Assembly: GCA_951406725.2 (NCBI GenBank)
Contig: OX597820.1
Location: 80,290,001 to 80,354,000 of the forward strand
Direction: 5' to 3'
Origin: Octopus vulgaris
Taxonomy: Eukaryota
DNA: 64,000 bases
Both the position numbers and the translations under genes were made by a program. Each line of letters opens with the position of its first letter. Within the stretch, counting starts at the first letter, position 1. Shown here piece after piece: positions 53,324-64,000 of the stretch. The notes under the pieces are model-generated. The model saw only the letters and a list, made by a program, of their open reading frames with translations, did no database searches and was not told the origin of the DNA.

Positions 53324-54349
53324 AGTGTGTGCGGGAAAATAAAGACATGAAATTGTTTTCATATAAAAATTCTTTCATACGATAGTTTTCTATTTTCCAG
53401 AAAAACAAATTAATATGTTTTTACCAAATGATTTTATTCACATAAAAAAAGTAACAATCATATTTTTCTGAAAAGTTTTCTCATAAAACATAGTTTTACT
53501 GAATAGTTTTTAGTACATCTTTTAAGATTCTTTACAGTGGGGGGGGGTGAAAATCGCATTTTACTGACTGGTTTACACGGTTATCAGCTTAACAACGTTT
53601 AAAGTATGTTCTTCGATACAATTTTAGCCCTTGTGGTAAAAAAAACATGGGATAAATTTTATCTGGTCATGTTGTTAATGTAGTTTCCAAACAAGGGATG
53701 TAACTGTTACTCTGTCTTTCATGTCGCTTAGATTCTTTTCATTAGCTTATATATAGGTTAATATTTTCGGAAAGTAATATTTTCACTTACAGAGAAGGAA
53801 GAGTTTCTTTTAAGAGTGTTATATCGTCAGTGACGATATATGATGTGCGTGTGAGTGTAACAATGTATCATAGCGCCATATATAACCGTATAACAATAAA
53901 CAATGTAACAAGAGTTGGTTGGTTGTCTTATTATAACTCTTCGCACAATAACACTCCAACGCAGAATCAATAACGAGACTAACGCTCTCACAGTTCGATC
54001 TCAACTGTCAGCTGGCTCTTCTGTTTATAAGACTCGTCCAGTTCACTGACAGCCACGTGCGGGGGCGGGGGGGGGGGGGTTCAGTTCACCCCACAACAAA
54101 GGGAGGGAATTCTGTTTAATTAAAATAATAGATAAAAACATAAAGTAACAGATTTCTGATTGCGCAACAACATTTATTTAGCCTAAAAAAGAGTCAGCTC
54201 AGTTTTTCTATTGTTCTTATTGATGCTGGTTTTGATGTTGTTGTTGTCATTCAAATCCAGTGAGACGATACTGTAAACCTACTTCAATCCATATATGTAT
54301 TCATAAGTCTCTCTCTCTCTCACTCTCTCTCTCTCTCTCTCTCTCTGTG

Positions 54350-54421
<72 letters not shown>

Positions 54422-55464
54422 CAGCCAACCAGCCAAACGGACGAACGGACGGACGGATGGATGGATAGACAGACAGACAGACGGACAGATACACACACAC
54501 ATACATACATACATACATACATACATACATACATAAAAATAGGTTGTATAAAAATTGTAAAATAAGAGGAAATAGATTTTGAGGTTTAACAAGTGTTTAA
54601 GTTCTATTCTGTGGAAGAGCGTAGGCTCGAAACGTTAAAGACTTTTTTCACTTCCTGAGCGTTAAACGAATACATTTGGTTGTTGTCTACACCACCTTTC
54701 TTCGTCCTTTTTTTTGTAAATTCTCCTTATACATACATACATACATACATACATACATACATACATACATACATACATACATACATACCTATATTTGTAT
54801 TATATATATATATATATACTTTATTAGTAAAGCTGCAAAGACATCACAAAAGCTGTTTCTCAGAGTTTCGCGTTCCCGTTCGCAGGACAATTTTGGTTTT
54901 GAACAAAATAAGGTTATATAGAAATATATACAATTATTTGATAGATACACATTTGAAAATATACATTTAGTGACACATTCACATATAAAAATAAACTTAT
55001 ATATACATATATACCCTAAACAGACACGTGTTGGTACAGGACTACATACATATACAAAGACATACGGGAAAAGCATACAGTGGGGGGAAATAAATATTCG
55101 TTCATGTCAAAATTCTTTATTTATTTAATTTCTAATGAAAATAAATGGGATATACCAATACTATATTTGCATACACATGCATAAATTAAGAATATGCAAA
55201 AGAAACTAATAAATTATAGTAACTAAGGAATTTATATTCAATTATAAATATTTAGGGGTGGAAAAAGTATTCGTACAGAACATAAATAACTGACAATTCT
55301 GATTTAATACTTCGTAGCATAACCATTATTCCGTTTACCTTTAAATTACCAACTAGCTAGGACTATACATAGTGAGGTAATACACCAGTAGTGTTTATGG
55401 ATACATTTATCCCTTAGATGGTTGCATAACTCTAACTCATAATTTGCTTAACACACACACACAC

Positions 55465-55562
<98 letters not shown>

Positions 55563-55799
55563 ATAATGTAGGACAAAACTTTTTTCGAAAAAATTTTTAT
55601 CAATGACCAGCATATTAAAAAATACCTTTAAAGGTTAAATTTATAAACAATTCATAAATAAGGGCAACCGAAAAAATTTCTAATGCCGAATATGCTGAAA
55701 AATTGGACATATTGTCCATTAACCATATAATCTTTTCACAATACGCACGCTACTTGAAAAAAGGTCGACAGAAATTTCTAAAAAATTCCATTATTACCA

Positions 55800-55852
55800 T
55801 ATCGGACCGATTTCAGGGTTAGCTCATAACAGCCCTCCCTTCGTCAGTGATA
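55800..55852 (-). ncRNA. Type I hammerhead motif, copy 1
   Basis: Reverse complement reads tatca-CTGACGA-aggg...ccct-GAAA-tcgg-TC-cgata, with one mismatch at the base of stem I. Confidence 0.65.
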
Positions 55853-56288
55853 CATGTGGCAAAAGAAATAAATGAGATACTTACTCATACCCATGGAAGA
55901 AGCAAACACTAAGTCATGAGCACAATTAAGTACCCCAAATACATCCAAAATAGAAATACTCCAACCCATTCGAGACACGTGCGATTTGAACTGAGGCCCT
56001 CACAGAGTCTGGAAGTGAACGCTTAAATCCATATCTAATGTAGGATAAAATTTTTTACGAAAAAAATTCTTTTCGAAAAAAATTTTATCAATGGCCAGCA
56101 TATTAAAAAATACCTTTAAAGGTTAAATTTATAAACAATTCATAAATAAGGGCAAACGAAAAAATTCCTAATGCCAAATATGCCGAAAAATTGGACATAT
56201 TGTCCATTAACCATATAATTTTTTCAGAATACGCACGCTACTCGAAAAAAAGTCGACAGAAATTTCTAAAAAATTCCATTATTACCAA

Positions 56289-56340
56289 ATCGGACCGATT
56301 TCAGGGTTAGCTCATAACAGCCCTCCCTTCGTCAGTGATA
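56289..56340 (-). ncRNA. Type I hammerhead motif, copy 2
   Basis: Same core and stems as copy 1. Confidence 0.65.
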
Positions 56341-56508
56341 CATGTGGCAAAAGAAATAAATGAGATACTTACTCATACCCATGGAAGAAGCAAATACTAA
56401 GTCATGAGCACAATTAAGTACCCCAAATACATCCAAAATAGAAATACTCCAACCCATTCGAGACACGTGCGATTTGAACTGAGGCCCTCATAGAGTGAGA
56501 GAATTGTT

Positions 56509-56606
<98 letters not shown>

Positions 56607-57452
56607 TATATAGACAGACAGGCAGACACGAAAGTGCATCAGCGTACACAGATTCACAATGACACACGCGATAAAGATCAGTATATAAAGAGCGACAAAG
56701 TTCAATCAAAACAGCTACTGGTATTCATTACACCACTGAAATCAAATTAGTTTCCATATTACCTACACGAAGAAATTTATGTAAATATAGCCTGCGTTGT
56801 AAACTAATTTAAACATAATGAATTAAGTTTCGCTTTGTATTTGTTAATATATATTTCTTTATTGTCTATTGCTGTTCCGACGTTGAGTTGCTACAATGAC
56901 AGAATGGGAATACTTAATAGCTTGGTAAGACCTGTCCCCAAGAATTTTCTGTATATTCACTCAGAGGAATTTTCCTCGTATACAGTTGCTTGATCTGTTG
57001 TCGATGTACTAACACTCGTTTCCTGAGTGTCATATCTGTTCACGTCAACATTTACATGTTATAATGTATATTAAGTTGTCCGAATTACAAGAAGAATTGT
57101 TTTTAATTTTGAAGGTAGGATCTTCTTTGAAGTGGAGTTCGAGCCTTCTAAAAGGTAATTACATATCCTACGGTTTGGTATATTCTATTTATTGACTTTA
57201 AGGCCAATAATTGGTGTATGTAACTTTGCATTGGTCAATATCTTTTTTTAATGATTTCGCTTGTTTCTTACTTTTTATAATTACTCTTATCCAAAGAATA
57301 TAACCCACACGAAACGCACAAACTTATAGTTACGTCCCTTGTCTTGAAATGACATAAGCGACTTGACTAGATAAAATTAATCCAAATATATTTATACGCA
57401 CACATATATTTACGTAAGTATATACATATATTCATATATGTAAATATGTATA

Positions 57453-58260
57453 CGAGGTCTGATCAATAAGTATCCGGAGTGCTGCCATAGTAACGAAGCT
57501 AAAGCACACTTGACCTTCAACTCTGCTGTGCATATGCACTAACTTTTAACGTTGTAGCTCACTTCTGTTGTTTACAGCAGTGCTTGGAAGAAACATGTGT
57601 AGCGTTAGATCGTCACATTGACCATGTCAGAGAAAGTTGTCATGGCGATATCCGTTCAGAGGCCTACGCAAAGTTGCAGAAAGCGTATGGAGAGGAGTGT
57701 ATGAGCCGCACACAAGTCTACGAGGGACTCAGACGTTTTCAGGAGTTCTACAACCAGCAGAACTAAGAAAAACATTGCAGATGTGCATGCAGCTGTGAGA
57801 AGAAATCGCCGATTCACCATCCTTGAGTCATCAGAGGATGTACAGATTAGTTACGGTTCAGTTCAGTCCATTATCACTGAAGATTTTGGTGCGAGATGCG
57901 TGTCCGCCAAGTTTGTGTCAATACTGCTTTCAGCTAACCAAAATGACACTCGGGTTTCAGTTGAATAAGATCTACTTGATTGAGTCGAGAACAATGAAAA
58001 CTTTTGAAAACTTTGCGCGGGCCTCTGAACAGGTATCGCCAAGCTTTTGCAAAATTTCATGCAGACTCTCAGGTCGACGATCACACGCTACACACCTTCC
58101 TTCCAAGCACTACTGTAAACAACGAAAGTGAGCTAGAATGTTAAAACTTTGTGCACTTGCACAACAGAGTACACGGTCAGTCTGTGCCAAGCGGCTTTAC
58201 TCTGCGTGATTTAGCTTCGTTACTATGGCAACAGTCCCGATACTTATTGATCAGACCACT
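57453..58260 (+). mobile_element. Internally deleted mariner element with long inverted ends
   Basis: TA + CGAGGTCTGATCAATAAGTATC ... GATACTTATTGATCAGACC. Transposase HTH remnants SEAYAKLQKAYGEECMSRTQVYE..RRF and RRFTI.E. Confidence 0.82.
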
Positions 58261-58817
58261 TATATAAATGTGTGTGAGTATAGACACACGAATGTATGTA
58301 ACCGCATCGTTTACTTTAGAGACAAGAGTTTACTGATGACAACATATTAGTTTCGGTAACTCAATCACTTCCGTAAAAATTATAAGCCGAGAGCTCTTCC
58401 GCTTTATATGATTTACGTGTAAACAAAACTTTTTCATTGATATTTCATAATATGACTGAGGTGTGAATCACGATCTAAAAGACTTTTACCAGATGTTCTA
58501 TTCAAGTTTAGAACCATTATAATGGCCCAAACTAATGTCTAAGTCTATGCTCATATATATATAAAACTGAGAATGTGTGTCTGTCTGTCGTGTTTCCCTA
58601 AAACTTGATTTAATAACTAATTTCATTCAAATTATTACGCATGCGGGGATCTATCGGCAAAAAATCTTAACTATTTCCCTAGGGTCGCAACCCCACAGCA
58701 GTACTTGCATATCTCCACTATTTCAGTATTACATGTTAAAAGTGACGTCGGATGCTCAGTAATTGCTTGTTCACTATCATCATCATCATCGTTATCATTA
58801 TCATCATCATCATCATT

Positions 58818-58868
<51 letters not shown>

Positions 58869-59639
58869 GCCATCATCATTCGGACGGATGATTTGACTAG
58901 ACCAACCCAACACTTCCACACTAGGTGACACGATCGAGATACGCGGCACGAATGTCTGATTTGAGATTTAGTCACATTGTCCTTTCGACAGCTGAAATAT
59001 TTTATCTGCGCGTACCACGACTATAAATGATAATCACGTTTGTTGGTTCCTCGTCAGGGACCCTGGTCGTATTGACAGTTTGTTAAATAATTGTAAACCG
59101 TATTAATCCGCCCCTTTTCGGAGAAAATTGAAATTCGCTGCACTTCTATAACAAAGCACAGAAGGACAAGATCAACATTTAATAACTGGAATTTGGGTAT
59201 TGGCATAAGGGATCACACATTAACAGAGGAAGACGGAGAAATCTTCACCGTACAATGATGATGATGATGATGGAACAAATATGAAAATTTTCCCCAAAAA
59301 TATTTGAAGAAATTTTATAAAAATTTTCACCGAATGAAAAATTTTTTGAAAGTCTGTTGGTGGGGTAAGAACAAAAGAAATAAGTATAGGTGAAAAAATT
59401 CCTGGAAATATCACCCTTAAAGAGGCGACTGCCAACTACAACAAAAATATAACAAGCATTAAGGAATAGTATATTGAAAAATGTTTTACAAAATATAATA
59501 TATTGCGATATATGTGATAAACTTCGGAAACGTACCTATCTATCAGTGATTTTTTTTCTGAGACTGTGTTGAAACTAAAACTGTTACAGTGTACCAAAAC
59601 AAGATATAGTATTTTATCATTACAATTTGGTATCATTTG

Positions 59640-59868
59640 TTTCAAATATTGACACAAGGCCAGCAATTTCGAGGAAAGTGCAAGGCAATTACAGCGAACC
59701 TAGTGTTCAATTGATACTTATTTTATCGACCTCGGAAGGATGAAAGACAAAGTTGACCTCTGTCGGATTTTTGAGCTCTGAACGGTCGAAATGCACTCTA
59801 AGAGCTTTGATCCTCTGGCGTGCTATTTCGGCACCCTCTTTGATCTCTTTCGCCAGCCCACCGCTCTT
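59640..59868 (-). mobile_element. SINE family B monomer, head interrupted by satellite-like sequence
   Basis: Tail 2 and core are recognisable. 59826-59852 matches the 22-bp satellite. Confidence 0.65.
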
Positions 59869-60002
59869 TTATAGTAAATATATATTAAAATCTGAAAAAG
59901 TGAATTAAGTCTTTATGTTGAGAAAAAGCATATAGATATAGCATTTCAGGCAGTTCGCCTGTTTATTCATAGCTACCACACTATATATATATATGTATAT
60001 AT

Positions 60003-60096
<94 letters not shown>

Positions 60097-60182
60097 CTGA
60101 CTTGAAAAGGATACGTGGCGTTCGATCATATAATAATATAAATAATATATTAATATATGTATATATACATACATATATGTAC

Positions 60183-60216
<34 letters not shown>

Positions 60217-60453
60217 CTTATATGGGTACAGGACATCAAAAAACGTAGACAAAATGAGAAACGAGAACATAAAAACAAAAACAAAGAAAGCGAACTTTTT
60301 TCGGACAACAATAAAACAAACAGAGATTCCTCTTTGACATCGGCATCCTCTTTAAAGAACATTCCTCTTTGATCTCAGTTTCGTCACCTTGTGTTGATCT
60401 ACTCCGCATTACGAAGGTAAGGACAAGATGCGACTTCGTTAAAACAGCCCTTC

Positions 60454-60455
<2 letters not shown>

Positions 60456-60507
<52 letters not shown>

Positions 60508-60862
60508 CTGTGTTTATCCCCCAAACATCGCTTGACAACCGATGCTGGTGTGTTTACGTCCTCGTAACTTAGCGGTTCGGTAAAATAGAACGATAGAATA
60601 CGTACTAGGCTTACAAAAAAAATAAGTCCTGGGGTCGATTTGCTCGACTGAAATCGGTGCTCCAGCATGGCCGAAGTCAAATGACTGAAACAAGTAAAAG
60701 AATGTGTGTGTGTGTGCCTATGTGTTTATCTCCCAAACATCGCTTGACAACAAATGCTGGTGTGTTTACGTCCTCGTAAATTCGTGGTTCGGCAAAATAG
60801 ACCCATAGAATACGTACTAGGCTTACAAAAAAAAGAGTCCTGGGGTCGATTTGCTCGACTGA
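60456..60862 (+). mobile_element. 3' half of SINE family A, tandemly duplicated; the second copy runs into the satellite
   Basis: CCCAAACATCGCTTGACAAC...GGGGTCGATTTGCTCGACTGAAA occurs at ~60520-60653 and ~60733-60864. Confidence 0.82.
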
Positions 60863-63800
60863 AAGAGATCAAAGAGGGTGCCGAAAGAGATCAAAGGGGG
60901 TGCCGAAAAGAGATCAAAGAGGTGCCGAAAGACATCAAAGAGAAGTCCATAAAGAGATCAAAGAGGTACCGAAAGAGATCAAAGGGGCACCCTCTTTGAT
61001 CTCTTTCGGCACCCTCTTTGATCACTTTCGGCACCCTCTTTGATCTCTTTCGGTACCCTCTTTGATCTCTTTCGGCACCCTCTTTGATCTCTTTCGGCAC
61101 TTTGATCTCTTTCGGACTTCTTTTGATCTCTTTCGATACCCCTTTGATCTCTTTCGGCATCTCTTTCGGCATCCTCTTTGATCTCTTTCGGCACCCTCTT
61201 TGATCTCTTTCGGCACCCTCTTTCTCTTTCGGCACCCTCTTGATCTCTTTCGGCCCCTCTTTGATCACTTTCGGCACTCCCTTTGATCTCTTTCGGCACC
61301 CTCTTTGATCACTTTCGGCACTCCCTTTGATCTCTTTCGGCACCCTCTTTGATCTCTTCGGTACCCTCTTTGATCTCTTTCGGCACCCCCTTTGATCTCT
61401 TTCGGCAGCCCCTTTGATCTCTTTCGGCACCCTCTTTGATCTCTTTCGGTACCCTCTTTGATCTCTTTCGGGACTTCTCTTTGATCTCTTTCGACACCCC
61501 CTTTGATCTCTTTCGGATCTCGTTCGGCATCCTCTTTGATTTGATCTCTCTTTCGGCACCCCTTTGATCTCTTTCGGCATCCCTTTTGATCTCCTTCGAT
61601 CTCTTTCGGCACCCTCTTTGATCTCTTTCGGCACCCCCTTTGATCTCTTTCGGCACCCTCTCTCTTTCGGACTTCTCTTTGGTCTTTTCGGTCTCTTTGA
61701 TCTCTTTCGGCACCCTCTTTGATCTCTTTCGAGACTTCTCTTTGGTCTCTTTCGGTACACTCTTTGATCTCTTTCGGTACCCTCTTTGATCTCTTTCGGT
61801 ACTTCTCTTTGATCTCTTTCGGCACCCTCTTTGATCTCTTTCGGCACTCCTCTTTGATCTCTTTCGGCACCCTCTTTTATCCCTTTCGGCACCCTCTTAG
61901 ATCTCTTTTGGCACCCTCTTTGATCTCTTTCGGCACCCTCTTTGATCTCTTTCGGCACCTCTTTGATCCCTTTCGGCACACTCTTTGATCTCTTTCGGCA
62001 CCCTCTTTGATCTCTTTCGGCACCCTCTTTGATCTCTTTCGGCACCCTCTTTGATCTCTTTCGGCACCCTCTTTGATCTCTTTCGGCACCTCTTTGATCT
62101 CTTTCGGCACCCTCTTTGATCTCTTTCGGCACCCTCTTTGATCTCTTTCGGCACCCTCTTTGATCTCTTTCGGCACCCTCTTTGATCTCTTTCGGCACCC
62201 CTTTGATCTCTTTCGGCACCCCTTTGATCTCTTTCGGCACCCTCTTTGATCTCTTTCGGCACCTCTTTGATCTCTTTCGGCACCCCCTTTGATCTCTTTC
62301 GGCATCCCCTTTGATCTCTTTCGGCACCCTCTTTGATCTCTTTCGGCACCCTCTTTGATCTCTTTCGGCACCCCCCTTTGATCTCTTTCGGCATCCCTTT
62401 TGATCTCCTTCGGCACCCTCTTTGATCTCTTTCGGCACCCTCTTTGATCTCTTTCGGCACCCCCCTTTGATCTCTTTCGGCACCCTCTTTGATCTCTTTC
62501 GGCACCCTCTTTGATCTCTTTCGGCATCCTTTGATCTCTTTCGGCACCCTCTTTGATCTCTTTCGGCACCCTCTTTGATCTCTTTCGGCACCCTTTTGAT
62601 CTCTTTCGGCCCTGACTTCTCTTTGATCTCTTTCGGCACCTCTTTGATCTCTTTCGGCACCTCTTTGATCTCTTTCGGCACCCTTTGATCTCTTTCGGAA
62701 CCCTCTTTGATCTCTTTCGGCAACCTCTTTGATCTCTTTCGGCACCCTCTTTGATCTCTTTCGGCACCCTCTTTGATCTCTTTCGGCATCCCCTTTGATC
62801 TCTTTCGGCACCCTCTTTGATCTCTTTCGGCACCCCCTTTGATCTCTTTCGGCACCCTCTTTGATCTCTTTCGGCACCCTCTTTGATCTCTTTCGGGACT
62901 TCTCTTTGATCTCTTTCGGCACCCTCTTTGATCTCTTTCGGCACCCTCTTTGATCTCTTTCGGCACCCTCTTTGATCTCTTTCGGCACCCTCTTTGATCT
63001 CTTTCGGCACCCCCTTTGATCTCTTTCGGCACCCTCTTTGATCTCTTTCGGCACCCTCTTTGATCTCTTTCGGCACCCTCTTTGATCTCTTTCGGCACCC
63101 TCTTTGATCTCTTTCGGCACCCTCTTTGATGTCTTTCGGCACCCTCTTTGATCTCTTTCGGCACCCTTTGATCTCTTTCGGCACCCTCTTTGATCTCTTT
63201 CGGCACCCCCTTTGATCTCTTTCGGCATCCCCTTTGATCTCTTTCGGCACCCTCTTTGATCTCTTTCGGCACCCTCTTTGATCTCTTTCGGCACCCCCTT
63301 TGATCTCTTACGGCACCCTCTTTGATCTCTTTCGAGACTTCTCTTTGATCTCTTTCGGTACCCTCTTTGATCTCTTTCGGCACCCTCTTTGATCTCTTTC
63401 GGCACCCTCTTTGATCTCTTTCGGCACCCTCTTTGATCTCTTTCGGGACTTCTCTTTGATCTCTTTCGGCACCCTCTTTGATCTCTTTCGGCACCCTCTT
63501 TGATCTCTTTCGGCACCCCCCTTTGATCTCTTTCGGCACCCTCTTTGATCTCTTTCGGCACCTTCTTTGATCTCTTTCGGGATCCTTTCACCTCTTTGAT
63601 CTCTTTCGGCACCCTCTTTGATCTCTTTCGGCACCCTCTTTGATCTCTTTCGGCACTTCTCTTTGATCTCTTTCGGCACCCTCTTTGATCTCTTTCGGCA
63701 CCCTCTTTGATCTCTTTCGGCACCCCTTTGATCTCTTTCGGCACCCTCTTTGATCTCTTTCGGCACCTCTTTGATCTCTTTCGGACTTCTCTTTGATCTC

Positions 63801-64000
63801 TTTCGGCACCCTCTTTGATCTCTTTCGGCACCCTCTTTGATCTCTTTCGGCACCCTCTTTGATCTCTTTCGGCACCCTCTTTGATCTCTTTCGGCACCCT
63901 CTTTGATCTCTTTCGGCACCCTCTTTGATCTCTTTCGGCACCCTCTTTGATCTCTTTCGGCACCCTCTTTGATCTCTTTCGGTACCCTCTTTGATCTCTT
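60861..64000. repeat. 22-bp satellite (CGGCACCCTCTTTGATCTCTTT)n, continuing past the window end; first ~125 bp in opposite orientation
   Basis: Directly visible. The 22-aa ORF periodicity equals 3 units. Orientation switch near 60985. Confidence 0.96.

Larger units (their letters stand above)
55564..56497 (-). repeat. Non-coding tandem dimer (~488-nt HHR-to-HHR period) flanked by (TA)n; retrozyme-like
   Basis: TAATGTAGGA at 55564 and 56036, TCGTCAG at 55841 and 56329. Copies differ by scattered substitutions and one short indel. Confidence 0.88.

Noticed and set aside
53805-53842. Palindrome ATATCGTCA-G-TGACGATAT containing CTGACGA
   Set aside because: No credible stems II or III; a short palindrome is plausible by chance in AT-rich DNA.
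60891-63963. Long ORFs (882, 688, 457 aa) of PKEIKEGAERDQRGCRKRSKRV repeats
   Set aside because: They are translations of a 22-bp satellite that is stop-free in all three minus-strand frames. The unit is not a multiple of 3 and indels shift frame freely.
60861-64000. CRISPR-like array
   Set aside because: Units are contiguous with no unique spacers, there are no cas genes, and the context is eukaryotic.

Overview
AT-rich, microsatellite-saturated animal DNA made almost entirely of repeats. No confident host gene is present. The SINE families and the density of (TA)n/(CA)n/(TATC)n suggest a cephalopod, probably Octopus (inference). Contents: (1) a near full-length, recently inactivated CR1-group LINE (62-5305, minus strand) whose ORF1 appears to combine a Myb/SANT-like domain, polyQ and two CCCH zinc fingers; (2) a young Penelope-like element (PLE; RT + GIY-YIG) with a ~1.3 kb inverted arm (44199-48301) and a decayed second PLE; (3) fragments of Tx1/L1, HERO-like and R4/Dong-like LINEs, a Helitron, Tc1, mariner, pogo/Tigger and hAT elements; (4) over 20 tRNA-derived SINE copies of three families; (5) a 22-bp satellite from 60861 to the window end. 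The main hidden signal is a set of about 15 type-I hammerhead ribozyme (HHR) motifs: canonical, U3-A8 variant and degenerate. They sit in PLE ends and in two non-coding tandem units of 533 and ~488 nt that look like retrozymes, nearly all next to (TA)n and often with an inverted arm. Most ORFs in the supplied track are microsatellite or satellite artefacts. All coordinates and folds were read by eye, and element boundaries are approximate.
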